DNA from: an uncultured delta proteobacterium
GTDB lineage: Bacteria > Desulfobacterota > WTBG01 > CAIYCZ01
Direction: 5' to 3'
Assembly: GCA_963803975.1 (NCBI GenBank)
Contig: CAWDOY010000048.1
Coordinates: forward strand, 1-64,000
DNA: 64,000 bases
A model generated the notes under the pieces. That model searched no databases, was not told the DNA's origin, and was given only the letters and a program-made list of their open reading frames with translations. This document shows positions 41,851-51,271 of this stretch, piece after piece. The first letter of the stretch is position 1, and every line of letters starts with the position of its first letter. The position numbers were made by a program, and so were the translations under genes.

Positions 41851-43004
41851 CTATTTTTTAAAGGGCGAGGCAACAATCACATAGGTTGTTTTGCCTTCAT
41901 CAGTGACTTTGCGGTAATACACCAGATCACGCTGATAGTAGGTGCGGCCCTCCACTTTTACCGCTACAGCATCTTTGGGCAGTTCAGACACCTCGATCCC
42001 AAAAGGGGGATTAACCACCACATAAACATTTTTTCCGTCGCGCTGTTTGATCATATAAAAGGTGCCGTCACTTACATAATAGTAGGTCTGGCCGTTTGCA
42101 GTGATGGTCTTGTATCCTGCCGGCAGCGCAGTCACTTCATGGCCAGCGGGTGTCGAGACTTTTACATAACCGGTCTCACCCTGGTTGGAGACCTGGGTGT
42201 ACCATTGACCGTCGCTCACATAATATGTGGTTGAGCTCACTACAACCGGAGCGGGTACTATAACAAATGTGGTAGCAGGGTAGTACCAGCGGTTATAGTA
42301 ATACGAGTTATCGTGATACCAGTCATCCCAGTCATCCCAGTAGTCATCATACCTGTCGTTGAGGTAATCCTGGCGATTTTCCTGGAGTCCTCGTGCGCCG
42401 GCATACTCGCCGAGGCTGGAGTCCTGGATATTCTGGCGGCGTTCCTCCCTGTTTGCGGGCCGGTCACCTTGACGTTCCTCGCGAGTTGCCTGGCGTTCAC
42501 CCTGGTTCTCGGTGCGGCCTGTTTGACGCTCTTCTTTGCTCGTATCCCGTTCGCCCTGGCGGGTGGTTCGTGTCCGTGGTCGCGCTCATCCTGCCGGGCG
42601 GTGCGCTCTGTAGTGCGTTCAGTTTGTCGTGTTGTCCTGTCAGTGGCGCCTGTCTCGCGCCTTCCCTGCAGCCCGGAAGTATCTGAGTTCCGCACCGAGC
42701 CGTAATCCCCGCGCTGCACGTCCCGGCTGCTCTGCCGTGAGTCGAATGAAGAGCGCTGCCCACTGCCCATGCTCCGGTCGCCTCCGTAGCCTCCCGACTG
42801 CCTGACCGATCCGTGTGATCCGCCGCCGGAAAACCCGCCGCGCGACCGCCGCCGCCGAAACCTCCTCCACCGCGGCCACCACCACCGCCTCTGCCACCCG
42901 CCACCACCTCTGCCACCGCCACCACGGGCATCAGCGTCATAAGCAAGGCAGAAAAGAAAAATGCCTGTAAATAATAACACCGAAATAAACATTATTTTTT
43001 TCAT
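41851..43004 (-). CDS. Exported Gly/Arg-rich protein with DUF6515-like C-terminal domain, multiple frameshifts
   Basis: Signal peptide ending ADA; RGGGG repeats and R/T/E/Q-rich linker; C-terminal V..LP.GY..I..NGQTYYY repeats (ORF 41851-42240). Confidence 0.6.
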
Positions 43005-43034
43005 GGTTGTCTCCTCCCTTGTAAAAAGCGTGTT

Positions 43035-43821
43035 CTACTCTTTATCAGAAGCTTTTTTAGTGCGCTTCTTTACCGGGAGAAGCGATATCTTTTTTGCTCC
43101 TTCAGGCGCCTTGAATGCAAACGTATCCTCTGGCATCTGAGGAAGCGCTGTGAAGCTCTTGAGCACCGCAATGTACTGCGGTGACCCCGGGCGCTGCTTA
43201 TACGTTATGACAATTTTTCGCAGCTGCGGCACATCCCCGGCGTCAACCCATATCTGCCAGTCAATGTTTTTTTGTGTCGCTGCGATATGGTGGCATTTTA
43301 TACCATCTGCATAGTGAAGGCCCAGGTAGCGGCAGGTTTTTGCATTTTTTATCAGTACGGAATACAGGTCATCGGAGAGCAGGTCTGCAAGAGGCGTGGT
43401 CACGCCGTATTTATCAACCAGCATGTCCATGGTCTCGCCAATGGTGCCGGGAGCAGCGACCTGGCCGTAGACATTGTTAGTCGCGGTCGAGCAGGGTAAA
43501 GGTTTTGTCGTCTTTCCAGATGGTAGTGTTGGTAATATCGCCCGTTGACTCAATCCAGAATTGTTTAGGCTCGCTTACCTTCAGCTTTCGGATGTGCGAA
43601 TACTGAATCTTTTGCCCGGACTTGAGCACCTCGTCCATAGTGTCAATGATCTCCACGCTGGCATTGATAGCCTTCTTTTTTTGTTCATTCAGCGCCTGGA
43701 GGATTTTCTCCGCCTGCGGATCAATGGCCGGGCTAGCAGCCTTTGACTGCCCCCAGCAGGTGCCAATAAATAGAGGTACTATAAATACCAACAAAAATAC
43801 TGTTTGCACAATGCGTTTCAT
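43035..43821 (-). CDS. DUF2092 family exported protein, frameshift near 43480
   Basis: IDPQAEKIL, GQKIQYS, APGTI, PLADLL, CHHIAATQKNIDWQIWVD and PGSPQY. Confidence 0.8.
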
Positions 43822-43943
43822 ACGACAACTCCTTTTTATAAAGTTAAATGTGATTAATAAATCTATATTGTTCAAGACGGGCCTGGTGAAGCTCTGCTGT
43901 TGATAGCTGATTTCTCTCTGCCACGGGCGGGAAACGGTAGTGC

Positions 43944-46041
43944 TTAAAAATTCCAGAATGAGTCTATCTCTTCGTCGGTAAAATCCCAGACCGCATTGTG
44001 CGGCGGCACCGGTTCTTTGAAAAATTCCGGAAGGCGGTCGTCTTTATTGGTGAATCCGGCTGCCAGGTTGAATTCATGCTCGGTGAGAAGAACCTTCCGT
44101 CCCAGTGGCGCGCCATTCTTCGGCAGTTTTGTTCAGCCCATCCTTTGCATTAAGCATGTCAGCTAAAAGTGATGCCACTTTAGGATTATCTAATGCCGCG
44201 AATCCGACAAATACACAAAGACCGGTACTGTCCAGGTATGTAGTGCCGATCTGCAGCCTTCTTGACAGCTCCACCTGCCCTTCCTTCTTCAGGGGATCAA
44301 CAAAACCGCCAACTTTCAGGATATTTACCGGGATACAGTACCCTGCCGTGTGGTCACTGCCCATGGTTGTCGTTGCATAGGTGATGCCCATCCCTTTAAC
44401 GGCGCGCGGGTCATACGCTGAAAGCCCCTGATTTTTAACAACCGGTACTCTGGTAATACCATGGGCCCTGCCGACTGCTCCGGCACCGGCGCCGATAGTG
44501 CGGCCCAGGGGTGTGCCGGCTCCGATTTCTTTCAGCAGCCGCAATGCGCCAGGTCCGTCACCAAAGGCAATGATGCCTGCTTCCATGACGACCCCCATGG
44601 CAACCACTGTTTCAATCGAGTCAATACCGATATCGTCCATAATATGGTCTGCTTCGGCGATGATATCCAGATCATCAATACAGCAGTCGGCCCCGAAACC
44701 CCAGATGGTTTCAAATTCAAAACCAGAGGTCACATAATTGCCATCCTTATCATTGTATACCTGGGAGCATTGAATAATACATCCCGTATGGCAGAAATGA
44801 TGGGGCCTGCCTTTGCGCGCAATAATAACGTCCCGCAGGGTTTCTCCGCTTATTTTATTAGCTCCGGCAAATTGGCCTTCCCGGAAATTCCTGGTCGGCA
44901 GCCCTCCCGATTCATTCATGATATTCACCAGCACATTGGTGCCGTACAGCTTCAGCGACTCACCGCTCACGGGATGGGCCAGCACCGCCTTTGCAAACGC
45001 ACGCGCAGAAATTTTAAATTTCTCCTGATCAACTATCGGTACGCCGGGGCCATCAGCAGGGTCAATGGTGATGTACTTAATTTTTTTGGAGCCCATAACC
45101 GCGCCCAATCCGCCGCGGCCATGGCTGCGAATATTGCCATCAGGATCCTTCACCGAGATATTGGCCGCTGCCAGGCACATTTCGCCTGCCGGGCCAATGG
45201 ACAGAATACCAGTTTTATCCCCATGTTTTTTAATAAGGGTTTTCATTACTTCATAATTCCATTTACCCACTAACTCTTTCTCTTCTCGAATCGTAATCCC
45301 GTTCTTGTCAACATGGAGACTGTAAAACGTGTCTTTCTCAGGCAGGCCTTCAATAATGAGGGCCTTAATGCCCAATCGGGCGAGGCACTGGGCAGCAGTG
45401 CCGCCGGCGTTACTTTCTTTGATGGTGCCGGTCAGCGGGCTTTTGGCTCCGGCAGAAAGCCGCCCCGAGTTTGGGCACATGGTCCCGGCGAGCAAGCCGG
45501 GAGCAAAGATAAGCTTATTGTCCTTTCCCAGCGGATCACAGGTTGGCTTTACTTCCTGTGCCACAAAGGTTGAGGTCAGACCTCTGCCGCCAAGGCCTTT
45601 CCATTTCTCGGGCACATCCTCAACTTTTGCCGTGAGTGTTGACATGTCTACGCGATAAATTTTGTCTGCATGAACTTTTTCCGGAATAATCATTTGTTGC
45701 TTGTAGATGGCCTGGCCTTTATCTGTCACGGGCGGGAAATACTGATTCTCCATGGCAAGACACTTTTTAGGACAGATTTCAACACAGAGATTGCAGGCGC
45801 AGCATTTGAGACGATCTATCTGCCATTCCTTGATAGCTTTGGTGACGACAATAGAATGGGTCGGGCACCGCTTGCCGCACAGGCCGCAGAAAATACAATC
45901 GTTAATAGTAATTTCAACTCTGCCCCTGGTAATGGGGGTATACACCCGCTTGCGCTGCGGATACATAAGCGTCGCAGGCCCGGTGAACAGGTTCCGCAAC
46001 ACGGTTTTTGACATGGTAAAAAATTTCATAATCCAGTCCAT
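43944..46041 (-). CDS. EchF-like 2x[4Fe-4S] domain in one frame with an aldehyde:ferredoxin oxidoreductase (AOR family); frameshift near 44105
   Basis: N-terminal PATLMYP..RG, CIFCGLCGKRCP and CCACNLCVEICP; then AOR motifs LGGRG, KSPLTGTIKESNAGG, GRGGLGAVMGSK, CHTGCIIQC, EFET, DDIGIDSIE and DSTGLCVF. The alternative frame ends FNLAAGFTNKDDRLPEFF...FWNF at 43944. Confidence 0.85.
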
Positions 46042-46046
46042 AGTTT

Positions 46047-46215
46047 ATCTGGAACTCAGGAACTCAGTAGAAATGAAAATAAAATTATGCTATCTGATCT
46101 CAAGAAAATCAAAAAGAATTGTCATTACAAAAATTCAGGTTCACTGATTATTAACTGAATCCTGAAATTCCAGTATTCGAAATCTTTTTATTTTTATGAG
46201 TTCTGAGTTCCAGAT
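46047..46215. repeat. Inverted-repeat miniature element between echE and echF-aor
   Basis: ATCTGGAACTCAG...CTGAGTTCCAGAT 13-bp terminal inverted repeat around an AT-rich core. Confidence 0.7.
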
Positions 46216-46246
46216 TCAATTTTTATTTTTCATCATCAGCCTGCTG

Positions 46247-47326
46247 CTACCGCTCCGTGCAGCTGATACATGGGTCAAGGGTTAGAATGATATTCGGAAC
46301 ATCCGCGACCTGCGAACCCTTCAGCACTGCGATCATCGCCGGGATATTGCTGAAGGTGGGGGTTCGCACCCGGAACCGCTGCAGGAATTTTGTGCCATTG
46401 GCTTTCACATAATGGATCACTTCACCCCGTGGCTGCTCGATGCGGGAAAAGTACTCGCCATTCGGCGTGCCCTTGACCTTGACATCAAACGGCCCATCGG
46501 GAATTTTTTCTGCTGCCTGGCGGATCAAATCTATGGATTGAAAGATTTCTCGGATTCTCACCAGGCACCGCGCATAGCAGTCTCCGGAGTTTTCAACCAT
46601 TGGCTCCAGCTCAAGGTTTTTGTACGCGGAATAGCCGATTTTTCGCATGTCGCTGGCATACCCGCTGGCCCGCAGCATGGGTCCGACACACCCGAGGCGA
46701 TAGGCATCTTCTTTGGAGATATGCCCTACGCCGACCAGCCGGTGCTTGACCGAATAGTCATTGATGAATACGTCAGTGAGTTCATGCAGTTCCTTCTCCA
46801 TGGCGAGTAATCTGGCTGTAATTTCATTTAATTTACCCGCTTCAATGTCACGCTTTACTCCGCCAACCTTGTTCATGCCGAAGATCACCCGACCACCGGT
46901 TGTTTCTTCAATGATGTCGAGAACCTTCTCCCGTATTCGGAGCGATTGCATGAACAGGCTCTCAAAACCGAAGGCATCAGCTGCCACGCCGAGCCAGAAG
47001 ATATGGCTGTGCAGCCGCCCCAGCTCCGCCCAGATGACCCGCAGATACTGGCAGCGCTCCGGCACCTCAATAGCCATAATCTCTTCCACTGCCTGGCAAT
47101 AGCCCATGCTGTGCATGAAACTGCACAGACCGCAGATCCGGTCTGCAACATAGGCATAGTCCATAAAATCCCTTTGTTCCACCAGCTTTTCCAGGCCCCG
47201 GTGGACAAAGCTTATGGAAGGGATGGCATCGACAATCAGCTCATCCTCGGTGATAAGCTCAAAATGAATCGGCTCGGGAAGCACCGGGTGCTGCGGTCCG
47301 AAGGGAATTACATTGGTACGAGCCAT
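46247..47326 (-). CDS. echE: Ech [NiFe]-hydrogenase large subunit
   Basis: PFGPQHP, HRGLEK, L1 motif RICGLC and L2 motif DPCISCTER at the very C-terminus; 359 aa. Confidence 0.92.
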   Translation of the reverse strand: MARTNVIPFGPQHPVLPEPIHFELITEDELIVDAIPSISFVHRGLEKLVEQRDFMDYAYVADRICGLCSFMHSMGYCQAVEEIMAIEVPERCQYLRVIWAELGRLHSHIFWLGVAADAFGFESLFMQSLRIREKVLDIIEETTGGRVIFGMNKVGGVKRDIEAGKLNEITARLLAMEKELHELTDVFINDYSVKHRLVGVGHISKEDAYRLGCVGPMLRASGYASDMRKIGYSAYKNLELEPMVENSGDCYARCLVRIREIFQSIDLIRQAAEKIPDGPFDVKVKGTPNGEYFSRIEQPRGEVIHYVKANGTKFLQRFRVRTPTFSNIPAMIAVLKGSQVADVPNIILTLDPCISCTER

Positions 47327-47793
47327 TGAATGCTACTCCTTTTTTTCCTGGGCTGACAATCAGCGGCAGCGGCCGACGGCTGCTGTGCCGGTTCATCCTG
47401 CTTCAGGGCAGCGGCTTTGGGCTGCTTAGGCGGCTCAGGCTTCGGCAGATTTTCGATGCTGAAGGGCGTTTTAATCGCGGTGCGGTAAAACGCGCCTTTG
47501 TAGTCAACGCTTATATTCTTAATGTTCAGGCCAAACAGGTCATTGATTTCATTCTCATATAAAAAAGCATTCGGGTAGATAACACTGATGCTTTGAATCT
47601 CATCCTGCTGCTGCACGGTGATGCGCAGGTTTTTAAAAAGATAGTCTTTATCGAACGAGTAGTTCAGTTCATAGGCGTCGGCAAGCGTGGTGCAGCCGAT
47701 CTGTACCATGCGATAGCCCTGGGCAAACAGGTCAGAGACAGCTCCCAGCAGAGCGTCTTTTTCGATAGGGATTATTTCCTGCGGTTCACTCAT
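47308..47793 (-). CDS. echD: Ech hydrogenase subunit D (NuoC-like); C-terminus possibly frameshifted
   Basis: GYRMVQI, ELNYSFDK and SISVIYPNAFLYENEINDLFG; position in operon. Confidence 0.85.
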   Translation of the reverse strand: MSEPQEIIPIEKDALLGAVSDLFAQGYRMVQIGCTTLADAYELNYSFDKDYLFKNLRITVQQQDEIQSISVIYPNAFLYENEINDLFGLNIKNISVDYKGAFYRTAIKTPFSIENLPKPEPPKQPKAAALKQDEPAQQPSAAAADCQPRKKRSSIQWLVPM

Positions 47794-47815
47794 AGGTTAA
47801 TACCGATACTATTTG

Positions 47816-48268
47816 TTATGCTTTTATAGATTGTTGTTGGGTGTTTTTCTGCTGCGCGTATTTTTCTTCAAGAATCCCGCACGCTTTTAATACGCCGTCG
47901 ATAATCGCTTCAGGCCGCGCGGAGCAGCCGGGGACATACACATCCACAGGCACTACCTTGTCAGCGCCGCCCAGCACGTTGTAGCAGTCCTGGAACACGC
48001 AGCCGGAACACGCGCAGATTCCCACTGCCACCACGACCCGGGGATTGGGCATCTGCTCATAGAGCGTCTTTAAAACATGCTTGCTTTTCTCATTGACCGA
48101 GCCGGTCACCAGCAGTATGTCGGAATGTTTCGGGTTGCCGGTGTTGATAATGCCGAACCGCTCCAGATCATACAGGGGGGTCAGGCAGGCAATAACCTCT
48201 ATATCGCAGCCATTACAGCTCGTTGCATTATAATGAAACACCCATGGTGAACGTTTAAACCAGGCCAT
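47816..48268 (-). CDS. echC: Ech hydrogenase small subunit (NuoB-like)
   Basis: RSPW, SCNGCDIE, GNPKHSD, GICACSG and YVPGCSARPE. Confidence 0.92.
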   Translation of the reverse strand: MAWFKRSPWVFHYNATSCNGCDIEVIACLTPLYDLERFGIINTGNPKHSDILLVTGSVNEKSKHVLKTLYEQMPNPRVVVAVGICACSGCVFQDCYNVLGGADKVVPVDVYVPGCSARPEAIIDGVLKACGILEEKYAQQKNTQQQSIKA

Positions 48269-48318
48269 ATTATAAATCCTAATTTGTAAACCCTAAAACC
48301 CGAACTTCAGCCTAAACC

Positions 48319-49200
48319 CTATTTAATCAAATGCAGCACAATAATATTTGACACCCCGGCCACGGCAGTAAACAGCCATGAGCTCAGGAATGTAAGCTGC
48401 CACTTGAACCGGGAATAATTGTTATCAATAAAAATCTCAAACAGATACGCCGCTATAGTCAGCACAATCCCCAGCCAGGGGTTGAAGGCAAAGAACAGAT
48501 ATACGATACCCAGGAGCAGCACATTTTCATACCAGTGGGATATTTCTATAAGGGCCAGGGCAGGGCCGGAAAATTCCGTGGTGAGCCCGCGCACGATTTC
48601 CTGATGGGCGTGATGCGATATGGAAAGGTCAAACGGTGATTTTCTGAACTTGATGGTGAGAATATACAAAAAGCCGGCAAACACGCCCGGCAGAGCCAGG
48701 ATAAGCGGTTTCTGGTACATCGCGATATCAGCGACCTTGAAGCTTCCGGTCACCATATACATGCCGACAGCCACAAGAATGACCATGGGCTCATAGGCCA
48801 CCATCTGGATTATCTCACGCTCAGCACCCAGGTGGCTGTAGGGTGAGCTGACCGAGTACCCGGCCAGCACAAAGAACGTCCCTGCCGTGGCCAGGCCGAA
48901 GATCATCAGCAGGATATCAGCACCGCAAAAAAACAGAGCGCCGGAAAACACGGTAAAGACAAAAAACAGAATTATATTGAAGTTCTGAAATTTATTAACA
49001 ACGATGCGCTCCTTTTGAAACAGTTTAAACACATCATAAAAAGGCTGAAGTATTGGCGGGCCAAACCTGCCCTGCAGCCGGGCGGTTAATTTGCGGTCGA
49101 TCCCGGCCAGCACGCCGCCAATGAACGGTGCGATAAGGACATACGCCAGCATCCGCTCAGCAAGGCCCAGGGATTGAAACAACTCAAACAGTGTCTTCAT
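48319..49200 (-). CDS. echB: Ech hydrogenase membrane subunit (NuoH-like)
   Basis: GIDRKLTARLQGRFGPPILQPFYD and KFRKSPFDLS.SHHAHQE. Confidence 0.92.
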   Translation of the reverse strand: MKTLFELFQSLGLAERMLAYVLIAPFIGGVLAGIDRKLTARLQGRFGPPILQPFYDVFKLFQKERIVVNKFQNFNIILFFVFTVFSGALFFCGADILLMIFGLATAGTFFVLAGYSVSSPYSHLGAEREIIQMVAYEPMVILVAVGMYMVTGSFKVADIAMYQKPLILALPGVFAGFLYILTIKFRKSPFDLSISHHAHQEIVRGLTTEFSGPALALIEISHWYENVLLLGIVYLFFAFNPWLGIVLTIAAYLFEIFIDNNYSRFKWQLTFLSSWLFTAVAGVSNIIVLHLIK

Positions 49201-51096
49201 AAGGCTGCAACCCCGAACATGATGAAAATCAAGGTCAGAGAAACTAACACACCGACATTACATAATATATCTTCGCCGAAAGTACTTCGTCAGGTAGTAG
49301 TTTTTAAGGTCAGCTGTCTGTTTATGATCCATGGGGCCTTCAAAGCTGACATTGTCAACATTTGCTCCCCCGAGATACGTTCCCACCCGCCTATAATTCT
49401 TATTAACGTATGCATAGTACATGAGCCCCAGGGGAAGAATGATTAAAATACCAATCATGATGACGTAAATAACAAGTATATTGAAGGTATCAACCACAGG
49501 AGATTTCCCGAACACGTCCTTGAGATAGGGATCTATGATGCGGGAGGAGATAAACGGAAACCCAAGGCACACGACAACGGTGGCAATTGCTAAAATAGCC
49601 AGGGTAAACTGTTCCCAGCGACTCACCGGATGCTCCACAACCTGGGTCTCGCCATATTTAATGGACATGATTTTACCCATCCATTTGGTCCAGAAAAAGA
49701 CCGTGGCTGCGCTGCCATAGGCTAACAGTATTGCCATTCCCGGATTGCTATCGATAAATGCTTTGAGTGTTACGAACTTGCTGATGATCATGCCGAAGGG
49801 GGCAAGAAACATTCCGGCCATGCCGATCATCATGACTGCGGTGAGCTTCGGCAGGCGCATAATCAAATAGTCCATATCCTCTATGTCACGGCTGCCCAGC
49901 CTGTATTCGATAATCCCCACGCAGAGAAACAAAAGCGACTTGGCCACCGCGTGGAAGATAATCAGCAGCAGCGCTGACCATACTGCCGCATCGGTATTGA
50001 CTCCTGCGCAGGCGACAATCAGGCCGAGGTTGGAGATGGTTGAGTAGGCAAGCACCTTTTTAGCGTTGCTCTGGGAAATGGCAATCAAGGCCGTAACCAG
50101 GAAGGTAACCCCGCCGACGAGCATGAGCATTTTTGCCGCCACCGTGTTCTCCAGCACCGGCGCCACCCGCAGGATGATATAGACTCCTGCTTTCACCATG
50201 GTGCTTGAATGCAGCAGCGCTGACACCGGCGTGGGGGCTACCATGGCGCCGGTCAGCCATGAGCAGAACGGGAACTGGGCTGATTTCACCAGGCCGGCAA
50301 AGGCAATGCACACGGCAGGAAGCAGGACAAGGCTCTTATCAGCTTGCAGCAGCTTATCCAGCTCCATGATTCGGGCAGAGCTGTACAGATACACAATACC
50401 CACCGCAAACGCCAGCCCGCCCAGCAGGTTCATATTCAGTGCTCTGAATGAGCTTTCAATGGACTGCTTGTCATTCCGGTAGCCGATGAGAAGCGCCGAG
50501 CAGATGGTGGTTATCTCCCAGAAGAAAAAGACCCACATGAGGTTATTGGAAAAGACGATGCCGAACATGGCGGACAGGAACAGGTAGATGAGGAACGCGA
50601 AATACCTGCGCCGGTCTTTTACTTCCTTATGATGCTCGTGATATTCGGGGAGATAGCCGATCGCATACAGGCAGATGGCGCTGCCGATAATGCCGACAAT
50701 CAGCGCCATGATGATGGAGAACTTATCCACGAACAGGCTGTGCTCAATGTGCATCGAGCTGCCGGAGGTAAACTCAAAGGTCAGCATAATCACTGACTGC
50801 ACGACTACGAGCAGCACGGGGAGATATCTTTTTGCCCGGATGGAAATATAAATAATAAAGCCTGCAATGAAAACTTCTATCGCAAGCATGAAAATATTGA
50901 TCAGATGGCTCTCAAGCTGGAAATATGCAGGCCCTTTATCAAGGTAGGTGATAAGCAGATAGATGGGTACTACGCACAGGACAATAATGGCAATAACGCC
51001 GATAATTCTTCTAAGCGTGACCAAAGCAGAAGGCAGCACCGCTGCTAATATCGCGATGCACAAGGGGAACACTATCAGAAAAATCAACGCATTCAC
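49197..51096 (-). CDS. echA: Ech hydrogenase antiporter-like subunit (NuoL-like); frameshift near 49275
   Basis: FFWEITT, KSAQFPF..WL.GAM.APTPVSALLHSSTMVKAG and LAYSTISNLG. The alternative frame ends in a TM helix whose TGA overlaps the echB ATG. Confidence 0.9.
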
Positions 51097-51271
51097 TGCA
51101 ACGTCCTCATATACGGTAAATGATTACCTGTTGTTAGACGATTTGACACAGTTGTCTGCAGCTGCTCCCGGTTAAATTACTATAGCACAAAATATCTTTA
51201 TCATCTGTTTAAAGAACATAATTAAAGAGAAAATATGCATGCACCATCTGAATTTAATCTGCACCCGCCTA

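Noticed and set aside
44105..46147. Long plus-strand ORFs antisense to aor (e.g. 44461-45273) and similar shadow ORFs over the RND, eutBC and kinase genes
   Set aside because: No recognisable motifs, and they lie fully opposite well-supported genes.
46247..51096. Complex I (nuo) or Ehr-type complex lacking a NiFe site
   Set aside because: The large subunit retains both CxxC Ni ligand motifs, and the six-gene order matches ech.
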